From the IMG/VR virus record IMGVR_UViG_3300021375_000035, positions 1-54,495 of that record: a DNA stretch of 54,495 nt, one strand, 5' to 3'. Shown one piece after another: positions 34,450 to 44,542 of this stretch (positions are counted from its first letter, which is position 1; every line of letters starts with the position of its first letter). A program made the translations under genes and the position numbers. This DNA comes from a virus. Taxonomy: Duplodnaviria; Caudoviricetes. The notes under the pieces are model-generated. The model had not been told where the DNA came from, did no database searches, and saw only the letters and a program-made list of their open reading frames with translations.

Positions 34450-37189
34450 CTAATTGTGCTTTAAGGTCATTAATTTGTTTTTGTTGATCTTTAACTGCTT
34501 CAATTAAATATCCAACTAAATTACCATATGCTACAGCTTTTGTACCATCTTCATCTTCCATAGTATGTACTAACTCAGGAGCTACTTTTTCTAGTTCTTG
34601 TGCAATAACACCAGATCCTTTTTCTCCTTCTTTAGTATATGATACACCTCTCATCTCTAAAACTTTAGAGCCGTCTAGTGTTTCAATATTATCTTTTAGT
34701 CTTACGTCTGAAAACGCAGTGACATTTCCTGTAGCTGTAAAATTACCGTTATCATCAAATGTATAACGGGTAGTAGTACCATCTCTTATATAAAAGTTTC
34801 CTATACCAGAGTTAAGATCCATATACATATGAGATCCATTAGTAAAGAATTCACAGTCATCACCTGTTCCAAAACGTAATATATCATTATCTGCTAGATC
34901 AATTGCTCCTCTAACACTTAATGTATTAGTAATCTGTAAATTAGTAAAACTACTAATATTACTTGTTACAAAACTTGACAATGTACCTAAATCAGTATAA
35001 TGAACTTTATTACTACTACTAAAATCTGCATATAAAAAGAAGTCTTTTGCTTCAAGACTATTTACATTTGGTGCATCCATTATAAGATTACTTGAACCAC
35101 CACCATACTGAACATCTACAGTAACAGATCCTGTAGTACCACCGCCAGTTAAACCATCACCGGCTGTTACAGCTGTTATATCACCTTGATTATTAGTAAA
35201 TGGTAAATCAACAATTGAAAATTTTCTTGCTTCACCTTGACCTGCAGAATCTAATCCAACCATTATACTGTCATCCTCTTCAGGTGATCCAGTTCCAGCA
35301 GGACAATCATTCATTATTCCATTAATACCATAATCTACACTTATGGTACCAGAACCAGTTATTGTTCCTCCTGTCAAACCATCTCCTGTAGCAACACTTG
35401 TTACAGTTCCTGCACCTGAAACTGCACTGTCTACATAGGCTTTATTAGCAGCATCAGTACTTGCAGATACAGTATCTACACCTGTTATTCTACCTGTTCC
35501 ATTTAAAACTATATCACCCCCAGTAACAGTTAAATCTCCTGTTACAGTTACACCAGCACTAGATGTATTTAATCTTTCAGATCCATCATAATATAATCTT
35601 ACTTCACTATTTTCTATCCATTGTAAAAGCCACTCACCTTGTTGATCATCATAAATACCACCTGTAGAGCCATCACCCATCAACGAGAAAATAAACTCAT
35701 TAGATGTATTGCCTATTTGTAAACCTCCCCAACCAGATGTTTCACTATTAATATATAGTAAGTCAGATCTGTCTGTTGATTCAGACAATCTAACGCCAGC
35801 ACCTAAACGTAAATAACTTGAAATTTCAGCTGTACCATTTACATTTAATTGATAACTATATGAACTAGATGGAGTTTTATTGATTCCTATATTTCTATCT
35901 GCATCCCAAGTTATAGGTAATTCATATTCTCTACCTTGACCTTGATCACCTGCTCTTAATGTCATCAATCTAATTTGAGACATTCTCACAGAATTTGAAC
36001 TAGATGTTCCTTTCTGTATAGTTACTCTGATATAGTTATCTCCTCCATAACTTGTCAGGTTACAAGTTTTAGTTGATGTACCTGCACTGGCTGTACCAGA
36101 AAATCTAGTAGTCCATGTACTATTATTTGTTGATGATTCAACAGTTATTTCTTTTGTAATATCATTAGCACTATATGTAAAGGCAGCATTTAAAAATAAT
36201 GCACTACCCCATGCTGTACCAGTAAATGTCCATCTAACAGCTGTATTACTGCTACTAATAACTTCTACTGATTGATCTTCTTTCTGAGCAAATAATGCAT
36301 TTTGTACTGTAGCACTAGACCATGTACTACCATTATAAGTTTCTTGTGTTACTGTGTAATTATATTCAAATGCAAATAAATCATGCCATAAATATGCATT
36401 AGGTGGATTGGCCATTGTTTGTGTAGAAGATCCAAATGAATATATATCATTTGTCTTAGTTGTATACAAAAAGTGATCTAAACCATCTACTCTAACATTA
36501 CCACTAACATCTACATGTGTAGATGGTGTTTTATTTACACCCAAATAATTACTACTACTATTCCATACTAATGCAGAATCACTTGATATAGAATTAGTAC
36601 CTGTCCAAAATGCTACTCTAGTATTTGCACCAGTACCTTCAGCATATCTACCATCTAAATCTACAGTTAAAGATGATAGTCCTCCATTTCTACTTGCTGT
36701 TAAAATACCATTACTAGTATTAAAACTTAATCCTGTAACATAATAGTTGTCATTATTATCTGAAGAAGTAATTGTAATAGTATCACCACTTCTTGATGTG
36801 GTGGTGCCTCCTGCTCCAGTAATAGTTAATGTATCATTATTACTATTTGCTGTAGCAGTACCACTTTGTGTAGCAATATTTTTATATATAGCTTGAGAAG
36901 ATCCTCTATCAGAATTAGTAAGAGTTATTGTACCACTAGATGTAACAGTACCAGAACCAGATAAGCCTGTTGTTCCTTGAACAGTAACAGAAGTTACAGT
37001 ACCTAAATTACCAGTAGCACCAATATCTGCTAGGACTTGTGCTTTAGTTCTATATTTTAGAACTCCACCGTCCCATACCATAATACCTGTGTATGTAGAA
37101 TTATCATTAGAAATACTACTAACAGAAAAAGTTCCTGTTACAGTACTATTTCCATCTACACTTACACCGGTTAAAAAATCTATTGCCAT
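34433..37189 (-). CDS. Tail fibre with C-terminal peptidase-S74 intramolecular chaperone (918 aa)
   Basis: GTVTSV..G.GLTGG repeats; FTATGNVTAFSDVRLKDNI...GVIAQELE..PELV..VAYGNLVGYLIEAVKDQQKQI. Confidence 0.88.
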   Translation of the reverse strand: MAIDFLTGVSVDGNSTVTGTFSVSSISNDNSTYTGIMVWDGGVLKYRTKAQVLADIGATGNLGTVTSVTVQGTTGLSGSGTVTSSGTITLTNSDRGSSQAIYKNIATQSGTATANSNNDTLTITGAGGTTTSRSGDTITITSSDNNDNYYVTGLSFNTSNGILTASRNGGLSSLTVDLDGRYAEGTGANTRVAFWTGTNSISSDSALVWNSSSNYLGVNKTPSTHVDVSGNVRVDGLDHFLYTTKTNDIYSFGSSTQTMANPPNAYLWHDLFAFEYNYTVTQETYNGSTWSSATVQNALFAQKEDQSVEVISSSNTAVRWTFTGTAWGSALFLNAAFTYSANDITKEITVESSTNNSTWTTRFSGTASAGTSTKTCNLTSYGGDNYIRVTIQKGTSSSNSVRMSQIRLMTLRAGDQGQGREYELPITWDADRNIGINKTPSSSYSYQLNVNGTAEISSYLRLGAGVRLSESTDRSDLLYINSETSGWGGLQIGNTSNEFIFSLMGDGSTGGIYDDQQGEWLLQWIENSEVRLYYDGSERLNTSSAGVTVTGDLTVTGGDIVLNGTGRITGVDTVSASTDAANKAYVDSAVSGAGTVTSVATGDGLTGGTITGSGTISVDYGINGIMNDCPAGTGSPEEDDSIMVGLDSAGQGEARKFSIVDLPFTNNQGDITAVTAGDGLTGGGTTGSVTVDVQYGGGSSNLIMDAPNVNSLEAKDFFLYADFSSSNKVHYTDLGTLSSFVTSNISSFTNLQITNTLSVRGAIDLADNDILRFGTGDDCEFFTNGSHMYMDLNSGIGNFYIRDGTTTRYTFDDNGNFTATGNVTAFSDVRLKDNIETLDGSKVLEMRGVSYTKEGEKGSGVIAQELEKVAPELVHTMEDEDGTKAVAYGNLVGYLIEAVKDQQKQINDLKAQLDGLSK

Positions 37190-37204
37190 TTAATCTTTTG
37201 TTTG

Positions 37205-37212
37205 CTAAGATA
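37205..37212 (-). promoter_or_regulatory. Possible -7 promoter element TATCTTAG
   Basis: One mismatch to TAnnTTTG; lies between a terminator and the 918-aa fibre start. Confidence 0.35.
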
Positions 37213-37223
37213 ATAAATTTATA

Positions 37224-37266
37224 ATAAAGGGAGTTGGTCATCATCAATTAACACAACTCCCTTTAT
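37224..37266 (-). terminator. Intrinsic terminator-like hairpin
   Basis: 13-bp stem ATAAAGGGAGTTG/CAACTCCCTTTAT just after the 765-aa gene stop. Confidence 0.7.
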
Positions 37267-37280
37267 ATTGATTAACAAAA

Positions 37281-39578
37281 TTATCTTACTTTATGAGCAG
37301 CTAATTCAAATTCATTTGCATTTACAGCTGTACTCCATGATAATTCTATATCTCCACTAGTAGGATCAACAGTAGTATCCATAAATACTTGATTACCACC
37401 CTTTCCATATACTTGAACAACTAATGGATCAGTACCTAATTTATGTGTACCTGCTGCAACAGTAAATGATGTTTGTGAATTAGATGATGGAAAACTAGTT
37501 GTATATCCTTCTCTTTGTAAAGCATCTCTCAAAGTTGAAGGAGATATAGCTAAAGTTGTAGATGAACCAGCAGTAACTTCAGTAGTATTTGCCATTTCTA
37601 CTACACCTAGATTTGTTTGAGATGTAGTTGGTAATGATCTTGTACTATGTGATTGAATAACACCATCAGTCATATTTAACTGATCAATTACAACAATACC
37701 TGAAGTATTAATATCTGAATCAGTACCAATAATCTTATTGAATGTACTTGCTAATTGAGCATCACTAACACCACCTGTTTTAATTGTAACCTGTCCAGCT
37801 GCACTAACTGCAAAGCTTGCACTACTAAATGATGCAATACCTGGAGTTGAAGTTGAAGCTAAATCAATATTACTCTGAACAGTTGTCCATTCATCTAAAG
37901 CAGTTGGAGCATCTACATTAGCAATTAAGAAATCACCTGCTCTTACTTGCTCTGTAAAGAATGAACCGTCAGCTGTAACAACATATGACCAACCTTTCTT
38001 AATACTTGCACTTGGTGAAGAATCAAGATCTGGTGAGTTGGTTGCTGCATTATATCCTCCTTGGAAGATTAACACCCCTGAACCAGCTAGCTGTGTATCT
38101 ACATAATTTTTAGATGCAGCATTTGTTGATATAGAAGGAACACTTGGTACTACTATATTACTACTAAATGTCTTTGTACCTCCTATAGTTTGATTACCTG
38201 ATGTTCTAACAACTGTACTATCTACTTCTATATCATTAGCATTAGCTGTAATACCATCTCCACCAATTACATTTAATGTTGGATTAACAGTTGAGGTACC
38301 ACTTTGTGTCATACCAGTTCCTGCTGTTACACTTGTAACTGTTCCTTGATATTGATCTGTAGAGTTAATTGTTACTGTAGTACCACTTACAGATGTAGTA
38401 ACATTTGTACCACCATCAAATGTAAATGTACCTGATGTTGTTAGTGCTGAACCAATTCCTGAGTCTGCAGCTAATGTAATACTAGTTACAGTACCACCTG
38501 AATTTGAATCAGCTGCCCATACTGGTACACCACCTGAAACTTTTAATACTTGTCCAGCTGAACCAATACCTAATTTTGTAAAAGCAGTACCTGATCTATA
38601 GAATACCATATCACCAGAAGTGTAACTATTTACTCCTGTACCACCATTTGTAGTAATAAGAGTACCACTCATTGTCATAGTACCACTACTAGTAATTGGT
38701 GAATTACTAAAAGATAATCCAGTTGAAGCTCCACTTACACCTACAGAAGTTACAGAACCTGCACCTGCATTAATATAAGTTGCTAACTGAGTTAAGTTTG
38801 CATATTTAGCATTATTATCAGATGCATCAGAGAATAAAAAGTCATCTCCATCTGCCAATGTAACACCTGTTCCATCTCCTGCAGCTAATACAACGTTATC
38901 TGTTCCTGCATAATCTACAGCTAATGAACCTGAGCCTGTAATTGTTCCACCTGTTAAACCTGCTCCAGATCCTACAGAAGTTACTGTACCATCTTTACCA
39001 AATCCAGGCATTGATGAAATTAAAGCTTTTTTAATTGTATTATCACCTGCATCAGAAAACCATAATGTATCAGCACCAACAGGTGTTGCAGCTGTAGCAG
39101 CTAAGATTGCATTGTCAGTTCCTGCATAGTCAATAGCTACTGTTGGATTTACTGATGTATTCCCTGATATTGAAATACCAGTACCTGCTGATACAGAAGT
39201 TACTGTACCTGAAGCACTATCACTAGAAGTTATTGTAATTGTGGTACCTGATCTGGTTACACTTGTAGTACCTGCTCCAGTAAATAAAATACTGTCTGTA
39301 CTAGATGGGTTACTAGCTACAAGATTAACTGTAGCTGTTCCATTACTAGAACCTGTTGCTGTTAAGTCATAGGTAGTGTTTCCATCTGTACCTGTTGTTA
39401 TATCAACCCAAGACCCATTATAAAGTCTTAGCTTGCTTGAAGTAGTGTCATAATAGATTCTTCCTAGGGATCCAGACGGAGCTGAACTCTCATTATCTAT
39501 CCTAACCTCTTTTAATTGATTAGAGTTTAAATCAATGTTTCCATCTATATTTAACCCCGTTAGAAATTGAATTGCCAT
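37281..39578 (-). CDS. Tail fibre protein (765 aa)
   Basis: S/T/G-rich, multiple GTVTSV.AG.G repeats, VVRTSGNQTIGGTKTF, AASKNYVD, C-terminal HKLG..VVQVY domain. Confidence 0.82.
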   Translation of the reverse strand: MAIQFLTGLNIDGNIDLNSNQLKEVRIDNESSAPSGSLGRIYYDTTSSKLRLYNGSWVDITTGTDGNTTYDLTATGSSNGTATVNLVASNPSSTDSILFTGAGTTSVTRSGTTITITSSDSASGTVTSVSAGTGISISGNTSVNPTVAIDYAGTDNAILAATAATPVGADTLWFSDAGDNTIKKALISSMPGFGKDGTVTSVGSGAGLTGGTITGSGSLAVDYAGTDNVVLAAGDGTGVTLADGDDFLFSDASDNNAKYANLTQLATYINAGAGSVTSVGVSGASTGLSFSNSPITSSGTMTMSGTLITTNGGTGVNSYTSGDMVFYRSGTAFTKLGIGSAGQVLKVSGGVPVWAADSNSGGTVTSITLAADSGIGSALTTSGTFTFDGGTNVTTSVSGTTVTINSTDQYQGTVTSVTAGTGMTQSGTSTVNPTLNVIGGDGITANANDIEVDSTVVRTSGNQTIGGTKTFSSNIVVPSVPSISTNAASKNYVDTQLAGSGVLIFQGGYNAATNSPDLDSSPSASIKKGWSYVVTADGSFFTEQVRAGDFLIANVDAPTALDEWTTVQSNIDLASTSTPGIASFSSASFAVSAAGQVTIKTGGVSDAQLASTFNKIIGTDSDINTSGIVVIDQLNMTDGVIQSHSTRSLPTTSQTNLGVVEMANTTEVTAGSSTTLAISPSTLRDALQREGYTTSFPSSNSQTSFTVAAGTHKLGTDPLVVQVYGKGGNQVFMDTTVDPTSGDIELSWSTAVNANEFELAAHKVR

Positions 39579-39616
39579 TGTTCTTGTTTTTGTTTATTAA
39601 TTAATTATTTTAGTCT

Positions 39617-40159
39617 TTAGTTTAAAAATGCACAACCTGTAAAAGCTGCATCAAATGTTATTGTAACTGTATTAGTATTATCATATTTAATATCACCTAC
39701 AACAACTTTATTATCATTATCTACAACTGTTACAGAAGGATACCTTCCTAAATTATGTGTAATAACCCATTTATCTGAAGCTATTTCAAAACATTCAGAG
39801 TATGTACCTGCTTTAGCAATAATACTAGCTAAATCAACTACAGTACATACATTAGATGGAATAGTAGGACATGTCTTGCTAGACATTATATTAACAGTTG
39901 CTAATGGTTCTACAAAAACTCCTGGAGTTTCTGTTGCTACCACAATTTTGCTACTGCTAGAGTTCTTCCAATCACATAATTCTTTATTAATAGTTGCACT
40001 TTCTAAATCTTCATAACAGCAAGCTTGTATACCAAACTTTAATGATTTAAACTGAGCATAAAATTGCCTAGCAAATCTTTGCTCTATTTGAATACGCTTC
40101 AATTTAGCTAACTCTTTTTCTTGAGCTTCATTTGATGTTCCAGTCAATGCTGTTGCCAT
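39617..40159 (-). CDS. Tail hub/fibre-docking protein (180 aa)
   Basis: Helical Cys-containing N-half plus C-terminal WVITHNLGRYPSVTVVD..FTGCAFLN fibre-associated domain. Confidence 0.55.
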   Translation of the reverse strand: MATALTGTSNEAQEKELAKLKRIQIEQRFARQFYAQFKSLKFGIQACCYEDLESATINKELCDWKNSSSSKIVVATETPGVFVEPLATVNIMSSKTCPTIPSNVCTVVDLASIIAKAGTYSECFEIASDKWVITHNLGRYPSVTVVDNDNKVVVGDIKYDNTNTVTITFDAAFTGCAFLN

Positions 40160-40161
40160 AT

Positions 40162-40341
40162 TTATTTACTTCTTAAATCTTGTATCTGTTGTCTAGCTAA
40201 TTCTAAATTTAAGTCTCTTGATGTTTCAACATTTGCTTCAGCTGCTGCTTTACATTGTTTACAAACTACCACTCCATTTCCTAAACTAGCCTTCTGACAT
40301 CCACAAGTAAATTTTTTATTACAGTGTGCACAATTTGCCAT
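40162..40341 (-). CDS. Small Cys-rich (putative Zn-binding) protein, 59 aa (not in ORF track)
   Basis: Manual translation MANCAHCNKKFTCGCQKASLGNGVVVCKQCKAAAEANVETSRDLNLELARQQIQDLRSK*. Exactly fills the gap between two genes; CxxC..CGC..CxxC. Confidence 0.8.
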   Translation of the reverse strand: MANCAHCNKKFTCGCQKASLGNGVVVCKQCKAAAEANVETSRDLNLELARQQIQDLRSK

Positions 40342-40352
40342 TTTGTTGGTTT

Positions 40353-40928
40353 TTAAATTAAATATTTAGAACTTGAACCACAGTCACCTGAAGGACAAGC
40401 TATTTTGTTTAATCTTTCTTTTGCATAATTATACAACTGCATACCTTGTGCTGAAGACTGACAGTATTCAACATTTGATACAGCTGCATCAATCATGGTT
40501 CTAATATAACTCATCTCTGCAAGAAGATCTTGCTTTGTTGAATTAGGTTGACAAGCTTGCACATCTAAATCACATAATACTTCATAATAAGTATTAAGCA
40601 ATCTAGTTACTCTTAAGTGATTATATTCTACATAAACTTTAGAGTTAGGTGATACACTATATTTTACAATGTATATTCCGTCAGGTATTTTTTCCTGAGT
40701 TACCCCACAATTTGTTGTTTGTAATGCTAAGGTGCAAGCAGTTAAACACATATCAAAGTCTTTATCTACTTTAATAAGTACTGGTACAGTATATCCTGGT
40801 AACGTAATTAAAAGCTCTTCACAATCTACAGCTAACTCCTTATTGTATTGACTTGTATCTTTTATACACAACAATTCACAATTAGATACTGCAGGTATTT
40901 CTAAACTTAATATATGTTGTTTTGCCAT
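40353..40928 (-). CDS. Tail hub-like structural protein (191 aa, 11 Cys)
   Basis: IPDGIYIVKYSVSP beta domain plus helical C-terminus; follows the auxiliary capsid gene as hub genes do in crAss-like phages. Confidence 0.55.
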   Translation of the reverse strand: MAKQHILSLEIPAVSNCELLCIKDTSQYNKELAVDCEELLITLPGYTVPVLIKVDKDFDMCLTACTLALQTTNCGVTQEKIPDGIYIVKYSVSPNSKVYVEYNHLRVTRLLNTYYEVLCDLDVQACQPNSTKQDLLAEMSYIRTMIDAAVSNVEYCQSSAQGMQLYNYAKERLNKIACPSGDCGSSSKYLI

Positions 40929-40958
40929 TTTATGTCTTACTTTATTATACTATATAGA

Positions 40959-40969
40959 TAATATACAAA
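40959..40969 (-). promoter_or_regulatory. Putative phage late promoter TTTGTATATTA
   Basis: Exact copy of the recurring 11-mer, 30 nt upstream of the ATG at 40928. Confidence 0.6.
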
Positions 40970-40985
40970 AAATTACAGACAATTT

Positions 40986-41020
40986 AAAATAAAAAGAGCA
41001 GGAGATTTCTCCCCTGCTCT
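40986..41020 (-). terminator. Intrinsic terminator
   Basis: Minus strand AGAGCAGG ggagaaatct CCTGCTCT TTTTATTTT. Confidence 0.8.
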
Positions 41021-41044
41021 AATTAAATTAAACATTGTTGTTTA

Positions 41045-42592
41045 TTACATGTAAAGATTAGTATCTTCAAAAACAACTTTGTTACCATTTGCTCCAGCCC
41101 ATGCTTCTAAACTTTCCATAACTTTCTTGATTGCAGCTTGGTCAGCAGCATCAGAACATTTTGCATAAATTTTGTAAACATACTGGTCATTATCAAATAC
41201 ACCAGTTGGGTTATTGAATCTTGGTACAGAGTGTTGGATATAGTAAGCTCTATAAGTAGCTGTTCTATCAACCGCAGCTAAAAGCTCATCAGACATTTCA
41301 ATCTCTCTGATTCTTGCACTGCTAGCATTTCCTTGGTTATAAGGAGACTGACGGTATCTTTCAGACATGATTAATTCTCTAATTACTTCTTCACCTTGAG
41401 TTTGTTGCATTGAACCAGGAGTTCTTGAAGCAACACCACAGTCATTACATGGGTTACCAGTTTCATCTAAAGAAGATAAAATGATTTCCACAGGCTCTGC
41501 ATTATAGTGATCTCTTGTGTCAAATGAACAGTTACCAAATGTAGTGTCTACATAAGCACCTACAACATTAACACATGCTGAAACTTTAACAGCTCCATTA
41601 GGATCAGTTGAAGGAACATATGCTCCAGCACCATCACCTTTAGCTTGTGCAATAGTATATACTTCAGTAGTTACTACTCCAGCAGCAGTTGTTTTAGTTA
41701 CAACAACACCACCAGAAGTTAGTCCACCTGCACCAACAGTTAATGTAGCATCAGCAGATGCACCAGCATCTACAATAGTTATAACATCACCATCTTTGTA
41801 ACCAGCACCTGCTTGAGCAACATCATAAGTTGCAATAGGGCCTGTAGCAGCACCACCAGATACAGTTAATACTTCTATCTTAGCTGGTTCATAACCTGGA
41901 CGGCTTGAAGCTGTAATAGCAGCACCATTACCATCAACTGCAGTAGTACTATGTACAGCAACGCTGTAACCAGCACCAGCACCTAAAGTTAATCCAGCTT
42001 CTAAAAGACCATTTACATCACCTTCAGCAGCAAACGGCTTGATTAATGGATCAGAAAGAGCCATGTCAGCCATTACTCCTAAGATAAGAGCAGGGTCAAT
42101 ATATTCTTGTCCATCAATACAACATACATTTGCTGAGTCAGCAATTGCATATGCATTGTGATTTAAGAATCTTAGTGCAGGAGATCCCTTCACGTCAATT
42201 CTCATAAATTGTGTTTTACCACATGGAGCACAATCTGATGCTAAACATAATTTAGCAGTAGCTTGACTTGCATCAAAGCAGTTTGCAGCCCATAGTCTTG
42301 TAATATATCTTGGGTTGATACCCTTAGATTTTACAGACTCTTTGTACCCACCGTGACCAGGATTGTTACCAATTGTGTCTTTAGAATAGAAAGAACCTTC
42401 AACTACATAAGCAAGTTGACCAGCAGTAATTGGAGCCGCAACTCCACCACCAGCAACTAATACAGTTTCCCAGTTAGCTCCATCTACTAAACCTAATTGT
42501 CCTGCGGCAAGTGCACCTGAAGCAGTCCCTGCAGCTAATTGCACAGAATCTACAACAAATGTCTTGTTAAACGCATTATTAAAATAAGCCAT
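41045..42592 (-). CDS. Auxiliary capsid/decoration protein (515 aa) with Gly/Ala-rich insertion
   Basis: Position after MCP, conserved gene and ring gene; own promoter motif and terminator; SKGINPRYI and YYIQHSVPRFNNP motifs; many Cys. Confidence 0.6.
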   Translation of the reverse strand: MAYFNNAFNKTFVVDSVQLAAGTASGALAAGQLGLVDGANWETVLVAGGGVAAPITAGQLAYVVEGSFYSKDTIGNNPGHGGYKESVKSKGINPRYITRLWAANCFDASQATAKLCLASDCAPCGKTQFMRIDVKGSPALRFLNHNAYAIADSANVCCIDGQEYIDPALILGVMADMALSDPLIKPFAAEGDVNGLLEAGLTLGAGAGYSVAVHSTTAVDGNGAAITASSRPGYEPAKIEVLTVSGGAATGPIATYDVAQAGAGYKDGDVITIVDAGASADATLTVGAGGLTSGGVVVTKTTAAGVVTTEVYTIAQAKGDGAGAYVPSTDPNGAVKVSACVNVVGAYVDTTFGNCSFDTRDHYNAEPVEIILSSLDETGNPCNDCGVASRTPGSMQQTQGEEVIRELIMSERYRQSPYNQGNASSARIREIEMSDELLAAVDRTATYRAYYIQHSVPRFNNPTGVFDNDQYVYKIYAKCSDAADQAAIKKVMESLEAWAGANGNKVVFEDTNLYM

Positions 42593-42686
42593 AATAAATA
42601 AATTTGTGTGAGGACCATTACCCCCACTAGTTAATAAATAAAGATTTTACCAGTTTACTCTGTTCGTAACTTTAGTGTTACTATAA

Positions 42687-42694
42687 TAATATAC
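42687..42694 (-). promoter_or_regulatory. Late-promoter variant GTATATTA
   Basis: Core of the recurring motif, 94 nt upstream of the ATG at 42592. Confidence 0.5.
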
Positions 42695-42720
42695 TACTTT
42701 TCTACTAGATAAGCAATTTA

Positions 42721-43428
42721 TTAGTTATTTCTTTCAGCAGCCTGAGTTCCTCTTTGTTGTTGATATGAATTCTCAATATCACCAGCTATAATAGCTGCGG
42801 TGTCATCAAGTATAACCTCAACTAAGTCATCTTTGAACTCACAATTTACATTGATAGCACTTGGGAAACCCGTATAAGGATCCACACATCCAATCATTTG
42901 TATATTTGTAGGCTTCTCATAATAAGTTAATACAGGATTTACAATATTAAAATCTGTATTTCTGTATATTCTTATTGTATTATTTAACATTGTGCAAAAC
43001 GTTTCACCCCATTCAAAACTAGGGTTCTTAAGTGGGTCCCTTAAGATCAATGGTACATTAGCTTCTTCAGCCAAATATACAGTCATTGATCTTGGTTCAG
43101 GACAACACTCTTGGTTTGCATCAGTGGTAACAGTTTTAAATTCTAAATAAGTATCAACTGGAAAATTAGTAGATTCAAAATACTCCGGTGTAACTGTACC
43201 TGCTAAAGATAACTCTCTTAACAAAGGTTGTAAATCATCTATTCTCTTCTTAGATAATTCATCTCCTTCTTTATACATATTACCACCATGTAAATTTCTT
43301 CTACACCATTCTATTTGAGCTTTATTAAAAGCCTCAATAAATTGCCAACACTCAATATTATCATAATCTTGACTATCTAATTTATTTAGTCTTTGTTTGA
43401 GTTTTAAGAATGCCGTGTTATTTTCCAT
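42721..43428 (-). CDS. Head-tail ring/adaptor protein (235 aa)
   Basis: LNKLDSQDYDNI..FNKAQ..KRIDDLQPLL..LRDPLKNPSF..YYEKP..CEF pattern of crAss-like ring proteins. Confidence 0.7.
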   Translation of the reverse strand: MENNTAFLKLKQRLNKLDSQDYDNIECWQFIEAFNKAQIEWCRRNLHGGNMYKEGDELSKKRIDDLQPLLRELSLAGTVTPEYFESTNFPVDTYLEFKTVTTDANQECCPEPRSMTVYLAEEANVPLILRDPLKNPSFEWGETFCTMLNNTIRIYRNTDFNIVNPVLTYYEKPTNIQMIGCVDPYTGFPSAINVNCEFKDDLVEVILDDTAAIIAGDIENSYQQQRGTQAAERNN

Positions 43429-43438
43429 TTTTTAATAT

Positions 43439-44458
43439 TTATGAATTCCAATATGGGTCAACTTTATCTAATAAAGATAATAGTGTTTCTTCATTCTTTG
43501 GATCTTTTAAAAACTCTAAACATTCAGCTGGTCTTTTACCTAGTCTAATACCACTATCAATTGGTTCAATCCACCCACCTGCTTTTGTAGTTAAAAATCT
43601 ATAATATAAACAATCTTTAATTAGTGCTCTAATTTTTAATTCTTCCATATCTAATTTAGATACATCTAAGAATTGTTTAGCAGCTCTTTTCTTATTGTTC
43701 TCTGCACCTCTTCCGTTAACGTATTCATCCATGTTTTCATACATTACATCATTAGGTGTTGATTTAGTATATTGAACACTGTCAGCATCACATACTTTAG
43801 ATACATACATTAATTTTGTAGTATCTGAATCATATAAGTTTTGTAAAGATGTCAATGCTCTATTCTTTAATTTAGTTAATTCAGTTCTAGTTGTAAGTGT
43901 TTCTTCAACTGTATCTAAATAAAACTTATGGTTATCATTACCTGCTTTTGCTTCTTTTAAAGACTTAGCTACAATAGAAAAACCACCAGCTCTAATTGCA
44001 TGTAATTTAATTCTATCATATGGATCTAAATGACCATCTAAATACACTGGATCATTACCACATCTTAAAGAAATCTTATCCCAAAACTTAGAATTATCAG
44101 GCTTCATTACAGTTAGTTTGTTCCAAAAGTCTTTATCTTCTGGATCAACTTGGTTTGCTGCTAATTCAGCTTCTAATTCAGAAACAACCTTTCTGATTTC
44201 TGCAATCTTTGCCTTCTTTTCTTTAGGAGGTAACATCTTTACTTCAGGAGCAAACTCATTTAATCCTGTTACATATCTCTTAACTCCATTCATTTCTAAA
44301 CATGCTAATGACTCTTCATGATATACTCCATCATGCATAGCCATACCATATTGTTCTAACCCCATATTTTCTTTTGAGGGATTAAAATAAGGACGTATAG
44401 CAATAGTGCTAGTCTTCTTTTTGTGTTGATACTTTTCAACAATAGTGTAATCTTCCAT
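43439..44458 (-). CDS. Conserved crAss-like protein downstream of MCP (339 aa)
   Basis: RYVTGL..FW..I.L..YLD..DPYD.IK pattern and synteny; charged, helical. Confidence 0.6.
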   Translation of the reverse strand: MEDYTIVEKYQHKKKTSTIAIRPYFNPSKENMGLEQYGMAMHDGVYHEESLACLEMNGVKRYVTGLNEFAPEVKMLPPKEKKAKIAEIRKVVSELEAELAANQVDPEDKDFWNKLTVMKPDNSKFWDKISLRCGNDPVYLDGHLDPYDRIKLHAIRAGGFSIVAKSLKEAKAGNDNHKFYLDTVEETLTTRTELTKLKNRALTSLQNLYDSDTTKLMYVSKVCDADSVQYTKSTPNDVMYENMDEYVNGRGAENNKKRAAKQFLDVSKLDMEELKIRALIKDCLYYRFLTTKAGGWIEPIDSGIRLGKRPAECLEFLKDPKNEETLLSLLDKVDPYWNS

Positions 44459-44542
44459 TCTTTGGTTTTTTTTAAAAATTAATAATTGTTACTCACGTCA
44501 AATAATGCAACTTAATGCACATTTTATTATTACTAATATTTC

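Noticed and set aside
37237-37253. Hammerhead-like TGATGA in a hairpin loop
   Set aside because: Lacks CUGAUGA, GAAA and the three-stem junction; explained as a terminator.
34024-39578. Diversity-generating retroelement acting on fibre genes
   Set aside because: No reverse transcriptase and no repeat pair differing only at adenines seen; repeats are degenerate protein-level units. A remote DGR outside the window cannot be excluded.
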